A DNA stretch of 64,000 nt, taken from Phoronis australis. Lineage: Eukaryota > Animalia > Phoronida. The DNA is taken from contig NMRA01000158.1 in assembly GCA_002633005.1 (NCBI GenBank), positions 684,433-748,432 on the forward strand. The letters are read 5' to 3'. Numbering within the stretch: position 1 is the first letter of the stretch; each line of letters starts with the position of its first letter. This document shows, piece after piece, positions 11,701 through 23,700 of the stretch. The position numbers and the translations under genes were made by a program. A model generated the notes under the pieces. That model had not been told where the DNA came from. It did not search any database and saw only the letters and a list, made by a program, of their open reading frames with translations.

Positions 11701-14700
11701 ACCTCAATAGGGCCAAGTGACCTCAATAGGGCCAAGTGACCTCAATAGGGCCAAGTGACCTCAATAGGGCCAAGTGACCTCAATAGGGCCAAGTGACCTC
11801 AATAGGGCCAAGTGACCTCAATAGGGCCAAGTGACCTCAATAGGGCCAAGTGACCTCAATAGGGCCAAGTGACCTCAATAGGGCCAAGTGACCTCAATAG
11901 GGCCAAGTGACCTCAATAGGGCCAAGTGACCTCAATAGGGCCAAGTGACCTCAATAGGGCCAAGTGACCTCAATAGGGCCAAGTGACCTCAATAGGGCCA
12001 AGTGACCTCAATAGGGCCAAGTGACCTCAATAGGGCCAAGTGACCTCAATAGGGCCAAGTGACCTCAATAGGGCCAAGTGACCTCAATAGGGCCAAGTGA
12101 CCTCAATAGGGCCAAGTGACCTCAATAGGGCCAAGTGACCTCAATAGGGCCAAGTGACATCAATAGGGCCAAGTGACATCAATGGGGCCAAGTGACATCA
12201 ATGGGGCCAAGTGACATCAATGGGGCCAAGTGACATCAATGGGGCCAAGTGACATCAATGGGGCCAAGTGACATCAATGGGGCCAAGTGACATCAATAAG
12301 GCCAAGTGATCATGTCGTTTTCGTAAAATTTAGCAAAAAAGAAAGGTACATTGCTAGCAAAACAACAATGTCAACAGCATGATCACATTTTTTGTGACAT
12401 AAATGTTCAAGACTTCGAAAATGTTGCTACAGTTTTCTAAAATAATTCATTTTCATTTTATGTGACTAAGTTTTTTATGAAAATCCTAAGTCCTATTTTT
12501 GATCAGACCCTCAAGCAAAAGTGGGACTCCTAACAGAGTTTTGGAGCATAGTGCAAAAAGTATACTATCTTAAAGTTTTAACTGAATACGATAAGTGGGC
12601 AAAATTGGACAGTTTTCTTTAGTCGTACATAACCTTAACCACAATTACAGTTTATGTGTACATAGAAACAAAATGACAGATACTGTGACAAAGCCATTCA
12701 ATTCAAAATAAAATGTTGTCAGGTATAAACAAGAATTTCTACCTTTTAGCACCATAAAATCCAGGGGTAACAAATTTCTTGTAAGATTCAAAGTTGCTCC
12801 TTGGATACTGCGTCTGTTCAGAGCGAGTGGGCACAATGCTGCATGCAAAGACAAGTTTAAGAAACAATCAACATTAACACTAGGTCAGACAGCATCTGGG
12901 CTCAGTGACAATAGTGACACATGCATGCCTGTGTGCACGCATACAGACACACACACTGGGGACTGCAGTGAAAATCATTCAGGCTTCTCCACTTCCCAAT
13001 ATTATAAGAGGGTGAAAAATGTAGTTGAGTGCAAAAAGGTCCAGTGAACAAAGTTTGTTTGGGGTTAGGTACAGAAGGATGATTCATATACCATAAAGGA
13101 TTTGGGGGCTTACCCCAAGAAATTTTTGGAAAATAAGCTCATTTGCTGCATTTTGGTGAGATCTTTTGCTAATCTAAAATGCAGTAAAGCCTAAGCAGGT
13201 TTTGTAAAATTCTACACAGCACGATATTAAAATGGTTAACACAAGCTGGCTAGACAAGTCTTAACGAAGTGAAAAGGAGGGTGGGCAATTCAATTATTGC
13301 ACAACGTGAACCACTAGAACGGCCCATGGAGATCAATTTGCCTGAATGAGTCAATGAAAGCTTAATTCACATCATACGGTTGGCAGTGTTCTTAAAGAAT
13401 GCATTATCAGTATTGCACATGCAGTTTCAAGCATAATGCAGATCTCGAGTTCACATGGTTACAAGCTTAGCAACACAGCAAATGACAATGAAGCCAGATG
13501 TGTAGTCAAGAGGGAGAAGCATGGGGATATAGTCCTCTTTCCTTTTCAGACTGTAGATGCGTACTCTCAGCTAAATTCTGTTATCTTCCACGTGTTACAC
13601 TAATAAGTAAACTTCGTGTAATGTTTCACTTAAAAACAAACACTCATGTTTTGTCATACGGCACTATGTTCTTGGTCTTGGTATTGCCTTTTCTGTACAG
13701 TTGTGCCCCACATTTTTTCCAGGACTACACCACTGACAAAAACAATACAATTAGAGGCATTGTATCAGTCATCATTTTCTCATTACATTAAAAGCTGGTT
13801 ATCATTTTAGATGTCCAAGAACTGTATAGACGGTGACTTACCTTATCCTCTCGTTTGATGGCGAGTAGCCGGAATCCCTCGAAAGCATTGCCTCTCGCTG
13901 GCTGGGGGAGGCGGGCTGTTCCTGGCCCGCAGGTCCCGTCCGCGCCATTCTCTCTGCCTCCTGCTGATCTATGTACATACGGTTATTATACGCTGGTGCA
14001 TGCTGGGAGGGCTGTTGTCCAGCCTGAGGGTTGTAGCTGTTGGTACGAGGGTGATATTGGTCGGGTCCTGGCTCTCTGTAACTACCAGGGTAACGGGGGT
14101 CTGGCGGACGACGATCTACGGAGCCATACGGAGAGTAGCCCTGATTACCATAAGGCTCGTGCCTGTAGTCTTGAGGGGTGTGCTCATAGGGACGCGATTG
14201 GCTGGGATACGAGTGGGCCTCATACGCCATCTCGTAGTCTTGTGATCGACCGTCAGGCTGCCTGTGTGGTGACCGGTCGTAAGCAGCAGTGTGCCTGGCT
14301 GGCGAGTGACTGGGAACTCTGTCTTGAACAGGGTACGACCTGAAACAGGTAATCATGTAATACAACAATAGTGGAGATAAGTCTTTGTCCATCAATCAAT
14401 TAAAGGTGTAATAAATCCGCCTTCGGTAAAAAACTCATTTTATATTATGGCCAATTGTCTTTATGAAACTGGTCTCAACAAGCTAGAAGTCATCTCTGAG
14501 ATTGACCTATCACCAAGACTTTGACTGACGGCTTAACTGACCAATCAGAACGCAGCATTCTTGGCACACCTTTGCTTCCAAGCTGCCATTTTACCTGACT
14601 AACAACACGTTACCAGGTAAAAGTTATTGTTTGTTTGTTGACAATTCACAAGGGGGCAGAGCTTGCAATAGGTCAATTACGAAGAACTACTCTAGCCAAT

Positions 14701-17700
14701 GCTGAGCACATAAAATGATCAACTGGGCCGAATGAGCATGCTAAGCATATTCTCAAGCTATCACTAACAGTCAGCCATTCCCAAGCCCAGAAAATACTTC
14801 TCGTCTGAGTAAGGAACAAGTTGAGGCCGGTTTTATTAGAGTAGGTAGCTAAAAATGCTTTTTTTGGTTATTGGAAGACGGGTTAACAACACTTTAACAA
14901 TGTCAGTGTGTGAAAAACACCACCAGATGCAAATTTCAAGCATGAGCCACATTGTACAGCCAAAGGAAAACAATGCAAGCCAGGCACAGACATGCCTGAA
15001 AACAAAGCATTCCAAGCAAATTATCGTACTAAGCAGATACAGCAGATATAGTACTAATTAATAGTGCTAGAACTTGTTAGCAAAGCAAGACAAGAGGAAA
15101 ATGCTTGTACCATACTGTCAAACCAACCTATTAGAGTTCTCATAGTTTCTTAGCTTGAGTTCATCGGGCAGATGGCCCGAGGGAGATTGTCCGGCAGGGG
15201 TTAAGTCAGACATGGAGTTATGTAGCACGGCAGTTCGCAGGGGTTTAGGAGGAGGCTGTCTGGTAGAAGACACGTCCACTCTAAGATAAGACAAAGGAAG
15301 TAACATGGTAGAAGACACGTCCACTCTAAGATGAGACAAAGGAAGTGACAACAGCGTTAGCACGTTAGGCCACACAAGCAAATTTCATTCTCGTCCGAGG
15401 TAGTTTTGAAAATTGATGTGGCGATAAGTGTTTTTAGTAGTCTGTTTTTTCACAAACAAAAATTCACCCAATACTAGCTTAAGTAGTGCGACAGTGTCAT
15501 TTTCTTTTTTTACAAAGTTCACATCGTATCAACTGAAATGGTGTGTCAATGCCTATTTCTTTTTTTACGAAGTTCATCTGATACCAGCGATAGTGGTGTG
15601 GTAATGCCTTTTTGATAAAAACGACACTTGATGTCAGTTTTCAAGAAGTGATGTGTAGCTTCAAAAATTATATGGGCGAATACCAGAACCAGATCTTATT
15701 TTTTGGTCTTAAACAGATCAAAAATACATTTTTTGGTAAAAACAATACTTCTCTCCAGAGGCCAAAATCAAAAGTTTTATGAAATAGGTTGAATCAGATT
15801 TGATGCTTGTTAAGTACTGAAAATTCTTTTAAGGAAACATGAAGCCATGGCAAAGGTAGAAAACAAACTGTCAGGCACTCGGCTAAAATCACACAATGAA
15901 CCATTTTACAGACAGCAGACACTTATGGGATATCCTCCCTTGTCACATCAAAGTGAGCTTTTGACTGCGTTGATGAGGACAATTTCCCAAAAATCCAATG
16001 TGCAAATAATTTATGCGCAATCAGCAAACAGGTCAATGTTGAACATGCCGAGTACAGGGACCCTATGCACAATTTTCAGCATGCTGTGTTCAAAAGCACA
16101 ATAGACACTGTTCCAACACGTGCACAAACTTTCAATGCAATTACAGAAAAGAACTATTATTCTTCTTCTGTTCCAAGACTATGTCTCTAGACTTTTTGAC
16201 ACGTGAAAACCAAAATGATAACTACAACAAGTATATACCTCGGTTTGGGTGCCACCTCTGGGGGCTTGGGTCGAGTAGCTGGACTGCTTTTACTAGCGGT
16301 CATACGTGTGAAACGGTAGGGGTCATGAGGCGATGGACGGTCGCTGGACTTCATTTTGTCGCGAAGCTTGGAGTCGTCGTGTTTGTTTAATGGATGTGAC
16401 GTGTACTTAGAGTACGAGTCATTACTGTGATCTGAACCATGCGACTCATTGTAACCCTATAAGAAGAAACCAGATAATTACGAGTTAAAGTACATTTTGT
16501 AAATCACATTGGCTATAACTAAAAGAATTCCGGCAATGGTCATGACAATCTTGGATTTTGAAAACCAGTTTGATGCTTGTTACTCCGTGGAGAAAACTGG
16601 TTCCCAAAATGCGGGACCCATGTAACTGACTATTACCATAAATCCCATACGCATAACAAGTTGGTTGTGCCTCAAGTCAGAGACAATAAGTTATCGGAGA
16701 ACAACAAAAGCACACGAGGAGTGTTGAATGGAAAGAAGTACAGATTGCAAATTCATTTGAGTACTTAGTCAATTTAAAATGAGATTTTTAACTAGTTTAC
16801 GTGCTAGACAAGAGGGTATCACAAATTCAAAACAGGTACAGTGAAGCACCATCATAGAACTTAAACATAAAACAAGAAAATCAAACAAGACATAAATACA
16901 TTAACACAAAATTAAAATAAATGTTCCTGTACTAGTAGTTCATTGATTATTTCACCAAACAGTGCCCTTGATGATTCAACATTGGGAGCCGACTATCAAA
17001 CTCATTCCTCTTTGAAAAAAATGTTAAGAAATCATGCCAGATTCCGCTCAAAAAGCCCAAAAATTTCCCTCAAAATATAAAGACCACTTCAGCTTACCTT
17101 ACTGAACTCAGTAGTGGGTGACTGTTGGACTGGTTCGGCTCTGTAAACGTGGTAATCGGTGTGTCGTGGTTTGAGACGCTCCATGGCTGACATGCCGCCA
17201 CCCGCCCCAACATTGGGCTTCTCAGGGGAACCATGGACATCACCAATATGATAGGTGTGCCGACGACCTAAAGAAGATAAACAAGGTAACACATTTCTTG
17301 CATTGAATCAGCAGCATGTTAATATGTAACCAGCATAACGTAGATCAATCAGGTAAGATCACAGAGGACTAACTAACGTATAAATACCTTATTACAAGAA
17401 TGTTAACTAAGTTATCTATTGAAAAGTTTTATGTGACAAAGAGTTGAATTTTTTTGTGCTGCAAAGAGAAAATGAAACTGAAGTGGACCATGTGTATAAA
17501 TTTACTTATAATATTATACCTTTAAAAGACCAGAAGTGTTCATGGTCCATGTTACATTATTATTTTGTATTGTACTATTTTGTATTGTTATATGTTGTAT
17601 TGTATTATTTTGTATAATATTATTTTGAATTGCATTATTTTGTATTGTATTATGTTGTATTGTAATATATTATTTGAACTGTATCACTTTGTATTGTATT

Positions 17701-20700
17701 GTATTATTTTGTATTGTATTATCTTGTATTATATTATTTTGTATAGTATTATATTGTATTGTATTCCATTGCATTGTATTATAATATTGTATCGCATTGC
17801 ATCAAGGGCTGGTGGCCCAACTTACTAAAATAAAATATACACACATTGGTACACATAACATTTAAATAAGCAGAATCAATCAGTTGTCACTTCTTCAAAG
17901 CAAACAATATGACATTAATTGTTAGATAACTTAATCTGCATTTTTCGTATTGTCCAAAAATACTCCTTGTGTGCAGATCACATCTGTGCACTGAGATCTT
18001 GTTATATTTCTTGCCTTCGATGAATGTACTGTACATTTGAAGCACTGCGTCTAGTGATTTTTAAACACAATTTTTCTATCGTTAGCTCTTTTAACGATAT
18101 CGCTCGGGGAGCTACTGCACAGATGCGAACCGCACACGAGTATTTTTAGACAATACGAGAAATGCAGAAAGAAGTTATCTAACAATCAACGTTGAATCGT
18201 TTTTAAACAAATTTTTATCCGAGAGGCACTACTGCTGAGTTATACTAATTCAAAGCAAAGACTTGTGTCTCACAGTTAGAAGTGCCATGGCAGTTTGGTG
18301 GAGTTAGAATTTGCATATCAACCTTCCATCAAAATCAGTAAATTGTGTTAACTGCAGCCTTTTATAAGTTATATGACAACATGATCCAGTCTAACATCCC
18401 TTGAACAGCACTCTGAGGAATTGCAAACCAAAACCAAACCTCACTTCTAAAAGAATCACACAATGTCAAACCAAAAATCACCTGCACCTAGGATTAGTCA
18501 AGACCCCCCATCAAGATGAAGGCTCTGTAGGTACTTCCATTAAGGCTCATTAGGGATTACTTTGCATTTATGGTACATGTGAAAAACGTAGGCAAGTTGT
18601 GAATATTTTCTCATTTTTTATCTTTAAAAGGACCATTAAAATCTTTCAAGTTGATTATTGTATCAGCACACAAGCTGCAGGGAAAAAGAAACCTTCCTCT
18701 TGAGTCATACCTTTAAGACCATTGATGAACGAGGGTGTTGTGGGCGGCCATTCAATTTTACAAAACAGTCCCAACACCTTTTCTAAAAGACCTAATCCGG
18801 GGATCTTTTTGGATGCAAAGCCACTTCCCCTGAAGGCTCTTTCAGAAATCCCAGGGACTACTATCAGAAAGATTAGACCAAAAATGCAATCTTGCTCAGT
18901 ATTTCCGGACAAAAAAGGTACAGTTGTGAACCTAATGAACTTACTCTTCGGATCACTGTAGTCACCCCCACTCTGATTACGCATCTTCTCACTAGGTGTC
19001 AGAGTCGCATAAGGGTCAATATTTGCCCTTTCCCGACTGTGTTGTCCACTGTCTCTGGGCAGACTATCAGCGTAATACGACGGATAGTAGCAATCCTCAG
19101 GGTGGCGCCGGTCATCTACGTACACAAAGTTAGATCACACAACACAAAGACAAAACACACACTTCTTTTTCCCCATTAAACCTCACATAGAAACGAAAAA
19201 AGACTGAAGCAAGGCCAATATTTTTTTTCTCTTTTGAGATGAGACAAGGTTTTAAAAAATTAAATGGCTTTGTTTTGCTCTATGAATAACAACATATGTT
19301 CAAAACGAGCATAATTGTCAATTTCAGACAACCGAACCCTTTTAGTTGGGATTTGAAGCCTTTGAAAACCCCCGGTATTGACTGTGGACTAGAGCTGCCA
19401 ACGACAAGCCTTCCTCTCATAATAGGCATTGCAATCTTGTTCTCATCTGTGTAAGGTTTTATAAGGAAAAGGATAAACAACAAACAATTATCAGAGAAAT
19501 GTACACAGAATAGTTCACAAGTATAACACAGTTAGGTAAACAGGACATACCATAAGAGTGACTAGCATACTCTCGGTCATCTTCACGATATCTAGCATGA
19601 CTCTCTATGGCTGATGACAACTCCTGAAATAAAGCAATTATATCATAGTCCCTGATAACATCAGTTTTTAGTTATAGTAATTTGACTGTTAAATAATAAT
19701 CAAATATTAATAAAACCATACGATCGCCGCACAAATGAAGAAGTTCGTGTTAAATCAACGTTTCGTGTATTCGTTAGACATCATCAGGATATAAACATGG
19801 GAAAGCAAGTGCCAAACTACAGCTCAGGTGACATCCATAAAGTGAAGTGAGAGATACAGAGTAGTCAGCAGCTGGTCATCACCATAGTTGCTGGGTCACT
19901 GAGCTCTGCATGTTCCTCAGAGAATCAGTAGCATGCTGGTTCTGAATGGCCAATGACTCTTTAATGTACAGTAAATCCTTATTAGTTTCTCTGCAGATAA
20001 CACTAACTGAATTGGCTTGGTGATTGTTGCTAATGCAATGCCTATATGCATATACAGTACTAAAATACCCTGCTGTAGTCTGTTTTTAACTTCATCAAGG
20101 TCATGCAACTCTTGAGTTTCCACCTTGCAAACAAAATAAACATACCAAGCATCCAATCCCAAGTTAAGTAACGCATACCTCATCATGACAACATTAAATT
20201 TCTCAAGTTGGCCATCATGTCCGTTAGTCTTGCATAAGACTCATCCAAAAGCTTTAAGGAATCTGTCAAATTATTCGCACAGCACCCAGTAACTACACAT
20301 GCATCTGCCATTCACTAACAGACATCCTCAAATGAGATGGGTTAGAAACACATTCACCATCACAATTACAACGACTTGTGTTTTTTGGACTAACTAAGTA
20401 CATATGTCAAACACCTCTCAAAACCATAACGAAAATTAGCAGGCATACCAGACGATCAGAGAATCAATATCAAAGCACAGTGAAAGTGAAACTAAAAATA
20501 AAATTTCAACAACCACACATAGAGCATTTTACCTGACGACGGTCGTGGTAGACAGGCTGACAGAAAACAAAGCCAAAGTTAAGTCCGTTTTTGACATTGT
20601 TGTTTTAAACTCATAAACCCACAGTAAAAAGCATTCGTTCTATCAATGACTCATGTCCTTATAATCTGCTATTAACCATTAATAGATTATTTACATAGAC

Positions 20701-23700
20701 ATGTTTCAGTCGGTCATTTCTCCTGTCATCTTCATGTGTTACAGCATTCTTAGAAGAATGAGCACGGGTGCATGGTACACTAGGGGGCGCTTGGTTTGTA
20801 TTTTTTCTGGTGCACAGCAGGGTTTGAACCAGGAACCTTTTGGTAGTCAGTCTAATCACTAGGCCACTGAGTAGTCATCCATTAGCTCCACGGGAAATTT
20901 GCTATACTTAGATCTTCCATACTGGCTCAGCAGGGGGAGCCAGGTGTCCCTTGCTGGCTTGTTGGGTTAATATTTTAGATCTGATACTAAATCACCACCT
21001 CAAAGTGATTTTAGGAAGACATCAACACATATTAGTGCGTTACACTTTTATATGTGGAAGAGGGGCAAGTGCTTGCAGTATCTAAGAAATATAATAAATA
21101 ATCGCGCCACGTCACATACTATATAAATACCATTTATTTGGAAGAAGAGATTATAAAACGACAAAATGAAAGATTTTCGGTGTACCTTTTTGAAATCCCT
21201 CGTGTAACTGGGCGGAGCCTGATAAGGTGGTATGCCGGGCACGTTGTCGCCAGTAGCGATGCTGGGATCGGAGACTGCGCGTTGCATTTTACGCTTCTGT
21301 GGTGGCGTCTTCTCGTCATCCGTGGTGGCAGCCGGGCGGAGATCCAGCTCGCTCTCAGGAGAGACAAAGCTAAGACGGTTGGACATAGGGAAGAGGAAGT
21401 CATCTTTGATGCTTTCTTCTGGCTGTATTAGACAAGATGGGAAATGTGAAAATGTGCACTGACACACGGACATAGAAATCGAATCTGGTCAGGCATACTA
21501 CCTTGTTACAATGACAACTCTTATGACTCTTGATTATTGTGTATATTCCAAAAACAATAAACTCATGCACCAACCATTGGACTAGTACCCGTGTAAAACA
21601 CATCAACCAACTTAGGTAGACAACCAGCCAAAGTGTCCGCCTTCTAATGCGGCTTCATGAACTCCAAATTTAACTTGTCTTCACTGGTGTTTGTTGGCTA
21701 GTGCTTCTACAATCACAGCACTAACATTTTCAATAGAACATTGAACAAGGTAGCTAGTTACATTAACCAAAGAGCGGACTACCCTGACCATGAACTTTGA
21801 CCCACCTTGAACTCTGACTTCCATATCGGCTTATGTTGTTGCCTGAAGAGCTCATCCTTGAGTCGGCTGTACCAGCCTTCTACGTTAGTGCTCAGTGCAA
21901 TTGTGGCTGAAAGAGAGATACAGCCTAATATAGAACACTACAATATAATACAACAAATTGACTGATTTGACAAGTCAACACAGAGTAACTCTAGCAGCAA
22001 TCATTAAAAACAAAGTGATACAGATGTAACGATCCCGTAGTTTAGCTATTATCTCCCATTAGTAATCTCCTCTCTCCTGTACTTGGTTTTTGAGGGCGAT
22101 TGAATAAACATAGCTGAATGAACAGCATTGTGATTATTTGTAGACATTTACAAGTGGTAGTAGAGCAAATCAGCCATTTTAGTGTTTAAGCTAGTAGAGC
22201 AAATCAGCCATTTTAGTGTTTAAGCACGCGATTCCTGGTTTTGTAGAGGAGACTTACTACATACTATTGCGCACAACAACCCGACAACATGGCATCATTA
22301 TGCACCAAGTTGTGGTTAATACAATGCAGACATCTTTTTGAAATTTCTCGACTCTCATTCTTGGCATAACAACTCAACTGACTAAAACAATACGACAATA
22401 TAATAAGTGACATTTAAAAGTTAACATTTCTAACAGAACGATAAAACAGAGGAGGCCTACTTGAGAATAAGTGTGAATAAGATTTCTCCAACTTTTCGGC
22501 TTGCTCAAACAGTTTGCGAGGGCTTTTATTGGATCCTTTGGCCATCTTGTTCCTCAGATCTTTGACCACGTGCTTATTGTCTGCTTTAAGGTAGACCACT
22601 ATGGGGTAATACTGGGCGTAGTTGAGACGATCGACGGCACCAGGGGTGACATCTAGTAGACAGTGCTTGTTCTGTAACAGACGTGGATGAGATAGGGTGA
22701 CAAATAGCGTTCGGGACGTGCACAGGGGGATGAATAGTCAATGGGCAACTTGATCCCTTTTTTCATTGTAAGACAGAGCTGTGAGTTAATTTGGATTTTT
22801 CAGTTCACAAAATAAGCTGCTTTTCACAACTTGCACGAATTCGCCATTATGACTGACAACCAGGAATTGTGTCCAAACTACAATGGTTCTGCATGTTTGG
22901 AACATGCATGGTTTCATGTTTACGTTGTTAAAATTGATGCTGAAACGAGGCATCGTGTCCTAAACAACAATGCACAACTGTCATTTTTACACCGCCACCA
23001 CAGTGTGCATGTAGTGAATAGGACGCAAACAGGCAATAACCAGTAATGATTAGTCATTTCATTCTACCATGGGTGAACTACGTCATCTTCTTTAACTCCT
23101 CCCTAGTTGTTAACTTTAACTTTAGAACTAGTAAAACACTGGGAAAAATGACTAGCTCACACCAAGAAAAAAGATCAATTTCATGATTGGCTGGATCTAA
23201 AAGACCTACCCTGTCAATGATTTCACCAAGAACTCCCAGCCTGATGATCCCTGACTTGGATTCACCATCTTTAGAATGATCCACTTCTGTAATGACAACA
23301 GACATCAATATATGATTTGGACAGATTATTAGGACTTAAACTGACCAACGGTCAATATTTCCTAGTAAACATTTTTTCATACTGACCACTACTCAGGTAA
23401 CAAATTAGGGCTTGAAATGACCAATGACAAAAATGAGGAAAATTTTCTAGGTGATGTATCGTTCCATAAATAAATAGGCTTGTGTGATATAAATAAAATT
23501 TGTATTGTAAAGTTTGTGAAATAAATATTTTTGAACGAATGAAGTAAAAATAATGATAAAAAAGAGATGAAAAAGGAGGAAACTGAAAATCAAATAAGAG
23601 GAAATTGAAACCAAAAAAGAGGAAATCCTTTTAAAAGAGGTAAATTCCAAGCCCTGTTCAATTAACTGGGAAGGCTGGAGGAATGCAGGAAATTTTGTTT

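Noticed and set aside
11638-12309. CRISPR-like array
   Set aside because: Head-to-tail units with no unique spacers, no cas genes, and a eukaryotic intron context.
13855-14343. 162-aa plus-strand ORF
   Set aside because: Antisense shadow of a GC-rich ZO-1 exon.
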